NCBI GenBank assembly: GCA_028713575.1
Contig: JAQTOB010000003.1
Coordinates: 1 to 32,000 of the forward strand
DNA: 32,000 nt
Direction of reading: 5' to 3'
Source: Patescibacteria group bacterium
GTDB lineage: Bacteria > Patescibacteriota > Patescibacteriia > UBA2591 > UBA6264
This document shows, piece after piece, positions 9,083-18,220 of this stretch. The notes under the pieces were generated by a model. It saw only the letters and a program-made list of their open reading frames with translations. It was not told the origin of the DNA and did no database searches. Positions within the stretch are counted from its first letter, which is position 1, and every line of letters starts with the position of its first letter. A program made the position numbers and the translations under genes.

Positions 9083-10585
9083 TTACTTTTCTTTTATTGT
9101 TTTTGCTTTTTCGTTTTTAGTTCTCATCTTCTTAATCGCTTTTCTATATAAAACCACGTATTTTTTGGCCGGCAATGTCCAAGAATAAGACTCTTTCATA
9201 CTTCGACGAACCAAGTTCCGCCAAGCGGCCTCTCTTTTATGGTTTTCTAAAGCTCGAGCAATGGCAAATAACAAATCATAAGAATTATAAGAACGAAAAA
9301 CAAAACCATTCCCTCGCCCCGTGGCCGAATTATAATCGCTAACCGTGTCTAAAAGACCGCCCACGGCATGAACAATGGGAATGGAGCCATAACGCAAACT
9401 GATTAACTGAGAAATGCCGCACGGCTCAAAACGGGAAGGCATTAAATAAATATCTGAAGCCGCATATATTTTACGGGCAATGTCTTCTCTAAAAGGAGAA
9501 ATAAATAATAATTTTTTAGGGAACGCCTTTTGACTCTTCCTTAAAATTTCCCTGTATTTGCCGCCACCGCTACCAACCACAACAATCTGTAAATCTTTTT
9601 TTAAAAGATGGTCCAAGAGATTGATTATCAGTTCAAACCCTTTTTGCTCCGTTAGTCTATTTGCCAAACCAATTATAGGAATTTTGGCATTCACTTCCAA
9701 ATTATATTTTTTTTGAAAGATAAGTTTATTTTCTATTTTTTTTTCCAAAACATTTATATCATAATGGACATAAATATTCGGGTCAAATTGAGGATTAAAA
9801 ATGGCATAATCTATGCCGTTAATTATACCATAAATATCTTTTTCTCGTTTTTTAAAATGCTTCTCCATTTGGCAACCATATTCTTCGGTCATTATCTCCT
9901 GGGCATACCGCAGACTGACAGTATTGATAATATCCGCATTTAAAACCGCTCTTTTTACAAAATTAATCCATTCTGTTTTCTTGAGATTTTCCGGTGGCAA
10001 ATTTCTTCCGTTATCTTTTTTATTGATAGGAATTTTCCACCAATCCTTTGGTCCTTGAAAAAGTAAATTATGAATGGTAAATAAAGTGGCGACATTTTTG
10101 AATTTTTCTTCCTTTTTATATTTTATTTTTAAATAATTTGGGATTAAACCGGTATGCCAGTCATGGCAATGAATCACTTGCGGTTCAAATTTTAAATTTT
10201 TAATCAATTCTATGGCTGCTAAATTAAAAAGTAAAAATCTTAAACCATTATCTGGATAATTATACATTTCCGACCCTCTTTTGTGGCGAGACCCAAATAG
10301 CCTTTGTTGACAAATAAAAAATACCGGGTATTTGTCCGGACAAATGGCCTTTTTAAAACCAAATTTATATTCTTGACCGTCGAAATTCAATGATAAATGA
10401 ATGTTTAAATTTTCTACTGTCCATTTGTCCTCTTTTATAAAGCCGTAATAAGGAGTAATCGCCATTACTTGATGTCCCAACCGCTTTAAAGCTCGGGGCA
10501 AAGAACGGGTAACATCGGCTAGCCCGCCGCTTTTTGAATAAGGAGAAATTTCTGAACTAACATGGACAATTTTTAAAGCTCTCAT
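9083..10585 (-). CDS. glgA: Glycogen/starch synthase (GT5)
   Basis: N-terminal KIVHVSSEISPYSKSGGLADV (KxGGL motif), HCHDWHTGL, and C-terminal PSRFEPCGISQL typical of GlgA. Confidence 0.9.
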   Translation of the reverse strand: MRALKIVHVSSEISPYSKSGGLADVTRSLPRALKRLGHQVMAITPYYGFIKEDKWTVENLNIHLSLNFDGQEYKFGFKKAICPDKYPVFFICQQRLFGSRHKRGSEMYNYPDNGLRFLLFNLAAIELIKNLKFEPQVIHCHDWHTGLIPNYLKIKYKKEEKFKNVATLFTIHNLLFQGPKDWWKIPINKKDNGRNLPPENLKKTEWINFVKRAVLNADIINTVSLRYAQEIMTEEYGCQMEKHFKKREKDIYGIINGIDYAIFNPQFDPNIYVHYDINVLEKKIENKLIFQKKYNLEVNAKIPIIGLANRLTEQKGFELIINLLDHLLKKDLQIVVVGSGGGKYREILRKSQKAFPKKLLFISPFREDIARKIYAASDIYLMPSRFEPCGISQLISLRYGSIPIVHAVGGLLDTVSDYNSATGRGNGFVFRSYNSYDLLFAIARALENHKREAAWRNLVRRSMKESYSWTLPAKKYVVLYRKAIKKMRTKNEKAKTIKEK

Positions 10586-11061
10586 AAATTAAAATTTTTT
10601 GTTTGAGCACAAGTAATGGCAATTGCCAAAGCATCGGCAACATCGTCTGGCTGGGGTATTTTTTCAAGGCATAAAATTGATTTTACCATTTTTTGTATCT
10701 GTTCTTTTGAAGCTCGACCATAACCTGTTAAGGCCTGTTTTACTTGAAGCGGGGTATATTCTTTAATTGTTATATCGTTTTGCGCCGCCAAGAGCGCGGC
10801 AATTCCCCTGCTTTCGCTGACTTTCATGGCTGTTTTGGCGTTTTTGGCGAAAAAAATGGTTTCAATCGCTATGATGTTTGGTTTATATTTTTTAATCAAC
10901 AAATCTATTTCTTGATATATTTGTAAAATTCTTTGGCTAAAAATTTTCTGAGAAGAAGTTCTGACGCATCCATAATCGGAAACAAAAAATTTATTTTTCT
11001 TAAAAACAAGAATTGCATAGCCAACAATAGCAATGCCGGGGTCAATACCTAAAATAATCAT
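10582..11061 (-). CDS. ruvC: Crossover junction endodeoxyribonuclease RuvC
   Basis: MIILGIDPGIAIVGYAI, ..IAIETIFF..N..TA, C-terminal PQPDDVADALAIA. ATGA overlap with the glgA start. Confidence 0.9.
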   Translation of the reverse strand: MIILGIDPGIAIVGYAILVFKKNKFFVSDYGCVRTSSQKIFSQRILQIYQEIDLLIKKYKPNIIAIETIFFAKNAKTAMKVSESRGIAALLAAQNDITIKEYTPLQVKQALTGYGRASKEQIQKMVKSILCLEKIPQPDDVADALAIAITCAQTKNFNL

Positions 11062-11166
11062 AAAAACATAAAAATATTAAAACATTAAAACAAACAACTC
11101 TTATTCTAATCCATTTTTTAATTCATTAATAGTTTTTTATTCTCTTGTTCTTGTGTTTTAATAAGA

Positions 11167-11889
11167 CTATTCTATATTAGTATAATAACTATTAATGTCT
11201 TGGTCTTCATCTAATTCAATAAAAATATTGTCTATTTTAGATTGAGTTGATTCGTCTACTTTTATTGGGTCTTTGGCAAACCATTCTATTTCTGCCGATT
11301 CTATGCTAATGGCGTTATCTTCTATATGTTTTTTTATCCGCTCAAGGTCTTCCAATTTTATATAAATAACCAATCCTTCTTCCTCGTTTTTAATATCTTC
11401 GGCGCCAAAATCAATCATCTTCAATTCTAAGTCTTCCGGGCTTCCTTTTATTTCTTCCTTAAGAATCCTAATGACCCCCTTTTTCTCAAACATCCAAAGA
11501 ACTGAATTTTGCCCCCCTAAATTTCCGCCATATTTATTAAAAATCCTTCTTAGACTGGAAACTGTCCTGTTTTTATTGTCAGTTAGAGCTTCTATTAAAA
11601 TAGTGGTCCCGTTTGGTCCAAAGGCCTCATAAATAACTTCTTCTATTTGCTCGCCAGCCAACTCGCCAGTTCCTCTTTTAATCGCTCGTTCAATGTTGTC
11701 TTTTGGCAAATTGGCCTTTTTTGCCCTCTCAATTGCCAGGCGCAATTTAAAATTAGTTTCCATGTCCTTACCTCCTTGTCTGGCCGCAATAGTAATGGCA
11801 TGTCCCAATTTAGTAAAAATGGCGCTTTTCTTTGCGTCCAGCGCTCCTTTAAAATGCTTAAGTTTTGCCCATTTTGAGTGTCCGCTCAT
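11167..11889 (-). CDS. yebC: YebC/PmpR family DNA-binding transcriptional regulator
   Basis: MSGHSKWAKLKHFKGALDAKKSAIFTKL...AIERAKKANLPKDNIERAIKRG, the family signature. Confidence 0.92.
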   Translation of the reverse strand: MSGHSKWAKLKHFKGALDAKKSAIFTKLGHAITIAARQGGKDMETNFKLRLAIERAKKANLPKDNIERAIKRGTGELAGEQIEEVIYEAFGPNGTTILIEALTDNKNRTVSSLRRIFNKYGGNLGGQNSVLWMFEKKGVIRILKEEIKGSPEDLELKMIDFGAEDIKNEEEGLVIYIKLEDLERIKKHIEDNAISIESAEIEWFAKDPIKVDESTQSKIDNIFIELDEDQDINSYYTNIE

Positions 11890-11912
11890 ACTGTTTATAA
11901 ATTAACAACCAT

Positions 11913-11941
11913 ATTATATCAAAATTAATTGTTTTAAACAA
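11913..11941 (-). promoter_or_regulatory. Extended -10 promoter for yebC
   Basis: The minus strand reads TTTTGATATAAT (TGnTATAAT; plus 11913-11921) with TTGTTT about 17 nt upstream. The same TTTTGATATAAT string occurs upstream of PBP1A. Confidence 0.4.
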
Positions 11942-11961
11942 TAGACAATCATAAATCTTTG

Positions 11962-11970
11962 TGTTAAATT
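11962..11970 (+). promoter_or_regulatory. Possible extended -10 element 7 nt upstream of the PGI/PMI ATG (leaderless-type arrangement)
   Basis: TGtTAAATT at 11962-11970; ATG at 11978. Confidence 0.3.
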
Positions 11971-11977
11971 TAATAAC

Positions 11978-13018
11978 ATGATGATTCTTGATAATTTATC
12001 AAAAATTAAAAAGTTAGACAAATCAAACATGGCCGGATTTATTGCTGAATTCCCTCAAAAATGCCAACAAGCTTATAAAGAAGCGCAAAAAATCAGCCTG
12101 TCAAAAGAATATAAAAACGTCAAAAACGTGATTATTTGCGCTCTGGGAGGTTCGGCAATTAGCGGAGAATTAAGTAAGGGCCTGTCTGATCAACTAAAAA
12201 AACCAATTATTATTAATCGTAGTGAAAATTTGCCCAATTCAACAGACAAAGATTCTTTGGTTGTTTTAATAAGTTATTCCGGGAACACTCAAGAGGTTCT
12301 CCTTTGTGGCCAAGAGGCTAAACAAAGAAAAAGTAAAATTTTTATTATTACTCAAGGCGGGAAATTAAAAATTTTTGGGAAACAAAATAATTTCCCCATG
12401 TTTAATTTTGCCTATCCCGCTCCACCTCGAGCTGGCTTGGCTTATCTCTTAATGCCCTTGTTGGTTATTTTTGAAAAAATTGGATTGATTAAAAAAAATT
12501 CTTTAAAAATAAATAAAAAATTGCAAAATTTTTGTCAAAATTTGAACCCTCAAACGTTAACGAAAAAAAATCTTGCCAAATATTTGGCCTACGCAATGTT
12601 TGATCGTTTGCCCATCATTATCGCTCCGCCTGAATTAGTCAGTGTGGCCTATCGATGGAAAACACAAATGGCTGAAAATGCAAAATCTTTCTTATTTTTT
12701 GAGGCCAAGCCAGAAATATTCCATAATTTCATTGAAAGCGTATTTCCAAAAAGATTAAACGATGAATTTATTTTTTTAATTTTCAATGACATCAAAAAAA
12801 ATTATTTAAATAAAAAATCTTCAAAAATACTTGAAAATTTTTTAAAAGAAAAATTTTGTTGGGAAAAAGTGCCGTTCTTTGGACAAGACGCCCTAACTCA
12901 AACATTTTCTTTGATTTTGCTGGGGGACTGGATTAGTTTTTATCTTGCCCTGCTTAATGAAGTTGACCCTTCGCCGGTTAGACAAATAAAAAAATTTAAA
13001 AAACATTTAAATGAATAA
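11978..13018 (+). CDS. Bifunctional phosphoglucose/phosphomannose isomerase (SIS-domain, archaeal-type PGI/PMI)
   Basis: SIS motif ICALGGSAISGE, LVVLISYSGNTQE, C-terminal LLNEVDPSPVRQIKKFK typical of the bifunctional PGI/PMI family. Confidence 0.8.
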   Translation: MMILDNLSKIKKLDKSNMAGFIAEFPQKCQQAYKEAQKISLSKEYKNVKNVIICALGGSAISGELSKGLSDQLKKPIIINRSENLPNSTDKDSLVVLISYSGNTQEVLLCGQEAKQRKSKIFIITQGGKLKIFGKQNNFPMFNFAYPAPPRAGLAYLLMPLLVIFEKIGLIKKNSLKINKKLQNFCQNLNPQTLTKKNLAKYLAYAMFDRLPIIIAPPELVSVAYRWKTQMAENAKSFLFFEAKPEIFHNFIESVFPKRLNDEFIFLIFNDIKKNYLNKKSSKILENFLKEKFCWEKVPFFGQDALTQTFSLILLGDWISFYLALLNEVDPSPVRQIKKFKKHLNE

Positions 13019-14747
13019 TTTTTTAACATATAATTTAAAAAATTGGGATTGGTTAAAATATTTTTTTATTTTTTCTTTTAGCTTTATTGTTTTTCTTTAT
13101 TTACTCGTTCCTCCGGGTATCTTATGTCCAGACGGCTTTTTCCATACTAAAATGGCTTTATTGTTGAAAGAGCAAGGAGTGATAAAAAATTTCCCCTGGA
13201 CTCAATTCACCACTTATAAAGACCTTTTTGTTGACCATCATTTTCTTTACCACTTATTTCTCGTTCCCTTCTTAAGTTTGCCCTCTCCTCAAAATATGGA
13301 TATTTTTTCCCTGGAAACAGATTTTTTAATTAAAGCTAAATTGGCTACCGCATTTTTAGCCAGCCTGACATTTTTAATCCTTTATTGGTTTTGCCGACGA
13401 ATGAAAATAAAAGGGTCTTTAATTTGGACGATGACAGGATTTTTAATCCCCGCTTTTCTTTTCCGCCTTTCTTTAATCAGAGCACCGGGAATTTCTATTA
13501 TAATATTATTGTTAAGTTTTTATTTCATTCTAAAAAATAAATATTCCCCGCTTTTTCTTTTATCTTTTATTTATGTTTGGACCTACGGCGCCTGGCCACT
13601 GCTGATAATAGTAATTTTTTTGTATTGCTTCGCCGGGGCGTGCCAAAAATTAAACAACCAAAGAAATGAAATATACCAGAAAATCAAAAATCAAAAATCA
13701 AAATGTAAAATTAAAATTCAAAATTCAAAAATTTTTAAAATTTATATTGTCATTTTGCATTTTATATTTTGCATTTTGCATTTTATACGCTCTATTTTTT
13801 CTAAAAACAACATAAAACTCATTATTGCCTGTATGGGGGGGATATTCGTTGGTCTTGTCGTCAATCCTTATTTCCCAAAAACCTTCCCTTTTTATTGGCT
13901 ACAAACATTTAAAATCGCTTTTTTAAATTATCAAAGTAAAATCGGCGTCGGCGCCGAATGGTATCCTCCTAATTTAAAAACTTTTTTTATTAATGTTCTC
14001 CCTGTTTTTATCCCCTGGATAATCTCCTGGGCTTGGTTTGCTTTTAAAATAAAAAAACATAAAAAATCTTCCTGGTTTTTCGGTTTTATTTCCTTGTTTT
14101 TCTTTTTTTACACCCTAAAATCTTTTCGCAATATTGAATATTTTATTCCCTTCTCCATTGTTTTTAATGGTCTTATTTTCTCTCAAATTATTAAAAAAAT
14201 AAATTGGCAAGATATTAAAAATAATTTTAAGGCCTGTTTTAATGGACCAAATAATATTTTTTATTTTATCGCCGGACTTTTTTTAATTGTCTGTGTTAGC
14301 ATTTCATTTGGTTTTTATTTAAATTCAAGCATTAAAAATCTTCATCAAGAATATCAAAGAAACGGCCGACCGTTAAATCATTTACAAATGGCCTCTACTT
14401 GGTTAAAAAATCATGCCAATCCCGAAGAAATAGTTTTTCAAAGCAATTGGGGAATTTTCCCACAATTGTTTTATTTTAATTCGCAAAACTATTACATTAA
14501 TGGTTTGGACCAAACATTTATGTATGAATATAGCAAAGAATTATATCAGGATTGGTTTGATTTAGTTGCTTACAAAACAGGTCCGGAAAAAGCGGCTAAA
14601 ATTTTGAAAGAAAATTTCAAGGCTAGCTATGTTTTGGCAGACAAAAATGATGAACGTTTTGTCAAGCTAATTAAAAAATCAATCGGATTAATAGAAGTAT
14701 ATCAAGATGAACAAGCGATAATTTACCGAATAAATTATGTCAATTAA
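13011..14747 (+). CDS. Polytopic membrane protein, GT-C-fold (PMT/ArnT-like) glycosyltransferase candidate
   Basis: More than 10 predicted TM segments with a soluble C-terminal ~150 aa. The operon context with GT2 supports the role. The family assignment is an inference. Confidence 0.5.
   Translation: MNNFLTYNLKNWDWLKYFFIFSFSFIVFLYLLVPPGILCPDGFFHTKMALLLKEQGVIKNFPWTQFTTYKDLFVDHHFLYHLFLVPFLSLPSPQNMDIFSLETDFLIKAKLATAFLASLTFLILYWFCRRMKIKGSLIWTMTGFLIPAFLFRLSLIRAPGISIIILLLSFYFILKNKYSPLFLLSFIYVWTYGAWPLLIIVIFLYCFAGACQKLNNQRNEIYQKIKNQKSKCKIKIQNSKIFKIYIVILHFIFCILHFIRSIFSKNNIKLIIACMGGIFVGLVVNPYFPKTFPFYWLQTFKIAFLNYQSKIGVGAEWYPPNLKTFFINVLPVFIPWIISWAWFAFKIKKHKKSSWFFGFISLFFFFYTLKSFRNIEYFIPFSIVFNGLIFSQIIKKINWQDIKNNFKACFNGPNNIFYFIAGLFLIVCVSISFGFYLNSSIKNLHQEYQRNGRPLNHLQMASTWLKNHANPEEIVFQSNWGIFPQLFYFNSQNYYINGLDQTFMYEYSKELYQDWFDLVAYKTGPEKAAKILKENFKASYVLADKNDERFVKLIKKSIGLIEVYQDEQAIIYRINYVN
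13681..13790. repeat. AT-rich imperfect palindromic repeat element embedded in-frame in the CDS
   Basis: Left arm is (AAAATCA)n-AAAATGTAAAATTAAAATTCAAAATTCAAAA. Right arm is ATTTTGCATTTTATATTTTGCATTTTGCATTTTA, whose reverse complement is AAAATGCAAAAT units. It encodes KIKNQKSKCKIKIQNSKIFKIYIVILHFIFCILHFI. Confidence 0.7.
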
Positions 14748-15495
14748 AGCTCCAAATTATAAAACAATTGCTGTTTTGCCGGCCTATAATGCGGAAAAAA
14801 CATTAGAAAAAACCTTGGCAGACATTGATCAAAATTGGATTGATAAAATCATTTTGGTTGATGACGCCAGCACGGATAAAACCGTGGAAATTGCGAAAAA
14901 TTGCGGGATAGAAACATTTAAACACGAAAAAAATCTCGGTTATGGCGGAAATCAAAAAACTTGTTATAAGAAGGCGCTGGAAAGAGGGGCGGACATTGTG
15001 ATTATGATTCATCCTGACCACCAATACGACCCCACCTACATCCCTCAAATTGTTCTTCCAATTATCCGCGGTCAGGCTGACGCGGTTTTTGGTTCTCGCA
15101 TGATGGTTAAAGGTTGGGCGCGGGAAGGGGGAATGCCCGGGTGGAAATACTGGGCCAATATATTTTTAACCAAAATAGAAAATTTAATTTTAAGACTTCA
15201 TTTGACTGAATACCATTCCGGCTTTCGCGCTTACCGGAAAGAAATTTTACAAACCATTCCTTTTAATCTAAATTCTAATGATTTTGTTTTTGATACGGAA
15301 ATTATTATCCAAATTAAAATCCATAAATTCCGAATTATGGAAATTCCCATTACCACCCGTTATTTCAAAGATGCCTCTTCTGTTGGTTTAAAAAAAAGCG
15401 TTGTCTATGGCTTGTCTATTTTGAATCGCCTGATTAAATATATTCTGAGTAAAATCAAAATAAGAAAAGAGCTTCGGTTCCGATTAAAAACGTAA
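14737..15495 (+). CDS. GT2 glycosyltransferase, polyprenol-phosphate sugar synthase-like (Dpm1/GtrB/ArnC-like)
   Basis: AVLPAYNAEKTLEKTL...LVDDASTDKT...GYGGNQK...IHPDHQYDP (GT-A DxD region). 11-bp overlap with the upstream gene. Confidence 0.85.
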   Translation: MSIKAPNYKTIAVLPAYNAEKTLEKTLADIDQNWIDKIILVDDASTDKTVEIAKNCGIETFKHEKNLGYGGNQKTCYKKALERGADIVIMIHPDHQYDPTYIPQIVLPIIRGQADAVFGSRMMVKGWAREGGMPGWKYWANIFLTKIENLILRLHLTEYHSGFRAYRKEILQTIPFNLNSNDFVFDTEIIIQIKIHKFRIMEIPITTRYFKDASSVGLKKSVVYGLSILNRLIKYILSKIKIRKELRFRLKT

Positions 15496-15560
15496 AATGC
15501 AAATCTCAAAGTATGACCCGCCCGCGCAGGCAAGAATAAAAATGTAAAATTTTAATTTTG

Positions 15561-15576
15561 TCCGTCAGTTGACGGA
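15561..15576 (+). terminator. Weak hairpin downstream of the GT2 gene
   Basis: TCCGTCA-GT-TGACGGA followed by TTACTCTTT. The T-tract is poor. Confidence 0.3.
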
Positions 15577-15644
15577 TTACTCTTTGATACCTAAATTTTA
15601 AATCAGGAACGGATGAGTGTTTTATAAAAAACTTTACTTCCTAT

Positions 15645-17261
15645 ATGACTATTAAAAATTTAATTAAAAATATTTCTTGGAAGGACTGGCTGTTTCTGAT
15701 TGGGATGGCTTTTTTAGTGATTTTAGCCACCACTGTTCCTTATTTTTATGGTTATTCCAAAGCAAATGAAAATACTTATTTTTTGGCCATTCCGTCTTTA
15801 AACGAATTTGATTATCCAAATTATTTTTCTTACATTGAGCAAGTCCGACAAGGACATTTTTTATTTGAAGATTATTATACGACTGAAGCGCAACCGCGCG
15901 TTATCCTGAATTTATTTTTTCTTGCCCTCGGCCTAATTGCCAAATTCTCTCACTTGTCCGCCATAGCTATCTTCCATCTTGTCCGCGTTTTCCTGATTCC
16001 TATTTTTATCTTTGTTTTTTATCTTTTCCTAAAATTTTTGTTCCAAGAAAAAATCAAACAAAAAATATGTTTAATTTTAATTTGTTTTTCCAGCGGCTGG
16101 GGATTTATTCTTTATTCCTTATCTTCTATTTATAAACAATCAATGGATTTGTGGGTTCCTGAAGCCGTTACTTTTCTCAGTTTTTATACTAACCCGCTTT
16201 TTATTTTTTCTTTGACTTTAATTGTTCTGATTTTCTTTTTAATGCTTTTGTCCGCTGTTAATAAGAATTATCGCTATGCCATTGCGGCCGGGCTGGTTGG
16301 TTTAATTCTTTTCCAAATTCATCCTTATCATTTGCCGACTGTTTTTTCTGTTTTAATCGTTTTTTGGCTAATAATTTGTCTGCGCGAAAAAAAAATAAAT
16401 TGGTTATTTTTTAAATACGGTTTAATTTTCTTTTTTCTTTCTCTCCCTCCTGTTTTGTATTATTATTGGCTTTCTTCTTCTCATTGGCTAACAGTCCATC
16501 GCATCAGTCAGGCAACCCCTGCTGGCCTCACTCCTCCTTTCTGGCCATTTCTTATTAGTTATGGTTTACTTTGGCCATTGGCCTTTGTTGGTATTTATCC
16601 TGTTGTTAAAAATAAAAAAAAATATATTTCTGTTTTTCTCCCCGTTTGGCTAATTACTCATATTATTCTGGTTTATTTGCCTTTTCCCCTGCAAAGAAAA
16701 TTAACAGAAGGTCTTCATTTAGTCCTTTGTTTAATGGCCACAGAGGGAATTTTCTTTATTTGGCAAAAAATAAAAGAAAAAAAAATCTTTAAATTTTTTA
16801 AAAATAAATTCTTATTTTATGTTTTATTTTTGTTTTTCTTTTCTCTTTCAAATGTCTTTATTCTAAGCAAAGACATATTCCTTTTTTCTGACCCTGGCTT
16901 TTCCTTGCCCAAAAAAGCAATGGAGCCAATGCTTTGGTTAAAAAATAATTCATCAGAAGATGCAAAAGTTTTAAGCGTCAAAAATTTATATCTTCACAAT
17001 TTAATTCCTGCTTTTAGTGTCAGAAAAGTTTTTGCCGGCCATAGTTTTGAAACCGCTTATTATCAAAACAAAATTAAAGAAATTGATTGGTTTTTTAATA
17101 CCAATATTAACGATGACGAAAAAGAAAAATTTTTAAAAAAAAATGGCTTGAATTATATTTTATTTTATAAAAACGGCAATTATTCTTTTAGGCCGAATGA
17201 AAAAAAATATTTAAAATTGGTCTTTGAAAACGAATTAATCAATATTTATCAAAATCAATAA
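15645..17261 (+). CDS. Second polytopic membrane protein, GT-C-like glycosyltransferase candidate
   Basis: More than 10 TM segments, a first-loop acidic/aromatic patch (NEFDYPNYFSYIEQVRQGHFLFEDYY) and a soluble C-terminal domain. Family assignment inferred. Confidence 0.5.
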   Translation: MTIKNLIKNISWKDWLFLIGMAFLVILATTVPYFYGYSKANENTYFLAIPSLNEFDYPNYFSYIEQVRQGHFLFEDYYTTEAQPRVILNLFFLALGLIAKFSHLSAIAIFHLVRVFLIPIFIFVFYLFLKFLFQEKIKQKICLILICFSSGWGFILYSLSSIYKQSMDLWVPEAVTFLSFYTNPLFIFSLTLIVLIFFLMLLSAVNKNYRYAIAAGLVGLILFQIHPYHLPTVFSVLIVFWLIICLREKKINWLFFKYGLIFFFLSLPPVLYYYWLSSSHWLTVHRISQATPAGLTPPFWPFLISYGLLWPLAFVGIYPVVKNKKKYISVFLPVWLITHIILVYLPFPLQRKLTEGLHLVLCLMATEGIFFIWQKIKEKKIFKFFKNKFLFYVLFLFFFSLSNVFILSKDIFLFSDPGFSLPKKAMEPMLWLKNNSSEDAKVLSVKNLYLHNLIPAFSVRKVFAGHSFETAYYQNKIKEIDWFFNTNINDDEKEKFLKKNGLNYILFYKNGNYSFRPNEKKYLKLVFENELINIYQNQ

Positions 17262-17268
17262 AAACAAA

Positions 17269-17291
17269 AGCGTGATTCATTAAATCGCGCT
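17269..17291. terminator. Terminator between convergent genes, best on the minus strand for the pilin-like P2-P1 unit
   Basis: AGCGTGATT / AATCGCGCT 9-bp stem (one G-U), loop CATTA. On minus it is followed by TTTGTTTTT. Confidence 0.55.
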
Positions 17292-17319
17292 TCTGTTAAA
17301 ATGTATCAATTTCTTAAGT

Positions 17320-17748
17320 CTAAGAAAAATATTTTATCAACATCATTGAGCTGGATGGGCCGGGTTTACTGGGTTTACTGGTTGCTTTTGATAAATTTTC
17401 AATCACAAAACGGGAAATTGCGTATGCAAGGACAATAATAATCAATCCAATAAAAGCGTTTTGAAAAAGCGCTTTGGCTTTTTTAACTTGGTCTTCCTTG
17501 CCGCCGGCAGTCATCCACATAATGCCCCCAATAATAACCAAAATTAACAAAAACACTCCCGTTAAGGTAAAAATCGTTCCCATAATCTTCCCTGTAATTG
17601 CGCTAATATCCCGTTGTTCTCCTAATTTAGCGCTATCTGCCACTTTATCAAGTTCCTCTAATTGAGCAGAAACATTTAAAGGGATTAGGAAAAAAATCAT
17701 TAAAACCAAAACAAACAATTTGCCTTTTTTTGGATTAAAAATTCTCAT
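17320..17748 (-). CDS. TrbC/VirB2-like 'pilin' small membrane protein, paralog P1
   Basis: Signal peptide ending LNVSAQ. Core VIIGGIMWMTAGGKEDQVKKAKALFQNAFIGLIIIVLAYAISRFV (TM-basic loop-TM). Ser/Pro-rich tail TSKPSKPGPSSS. Confidence 0.7.
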   Translation of the reverse strand: MRIFNPKKGKLFVLVLMIFFLIPLNVSAQLEELDKVADSAKLGEQRDISAITGKIMGTIFTLTGVFLLILVIIGGIMWMTAGGKEDQVKKAKALFQNAFIGLIIIVLAYAISRFVIENLSKATSKPSKPGPSSSMMLIKYFS

Positions 17749-17756
17749 AAATTAAA

Positions 17757-18140
17757 CTATGCTTCAGTTACCTCAACTATATTGCTGATAACAAAGGTAG
17801 CAATGGCATAGGCCAAAACAACAATTATTAGCCCTACCAAAGCAGAACCAATTAATTTTTTAGCGCTTTTAATTTTGTCCTCATTTCCAGCTGAGGCCAT
17901 CCACTGAAATCCGCCGATAATAACCAAAACAACGGCCACTAAGCCAAGAAGGCTTAAAACAATTTTAATAATATTCCCCACCACTTCGGTTATGCTGGCT
18001 TCACCATAACCGGCTACTTCGCGAAAATTCTGTACATAATTATTGCCCAGGTCCAAATTACTGGTCTGCGCTAATAAGGCTGAAGGAGCTAAAGCCGAAA
18101 CAATGGCGACTAAAGCAATTAATGATAAAAATTTTTTCAT
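17757..18140 (-). CDS. TrbC/VirB2-like 'pilin' small membrane protein, paralog P2
   Basis: Signal peptide MKKFLSLIALVAIVSALAPSALLAQ. Core VIIGGFQWMASAGNEDKIKSAKKLIGSALVGLIIVVLAYAIATFV. Confidence 0.7.
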   Translation of the reverse strand: MKKFLSLIALVAIVSALAPSALLAQTSNLDLGNNYVQNFREVAGYGEASITEVVGNIIKIVLSLLGLVAVVLVIIGGFQWMASAGNEDKIKSAKKLIGSALVGLIIVVLAYAIATFVISNIVEVTEA

Positions 18141-18220
18141 TTTAAAGCTCTTTTGCTTCTACCTCCTGGAAGCAATTTATTAATTCGACCTTAGATTAAT
18201 TATATTACATATATATTTTA

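Noticed and set aside
13681-13790. Possible CRISPR array or minisatellite
   Set aside because: The units are 6-7 nt A/T words with no constant repeat plus unique spacer organisation. The structure is an imperfect palindrome inside a CDS, and no cas genes are present in the window.
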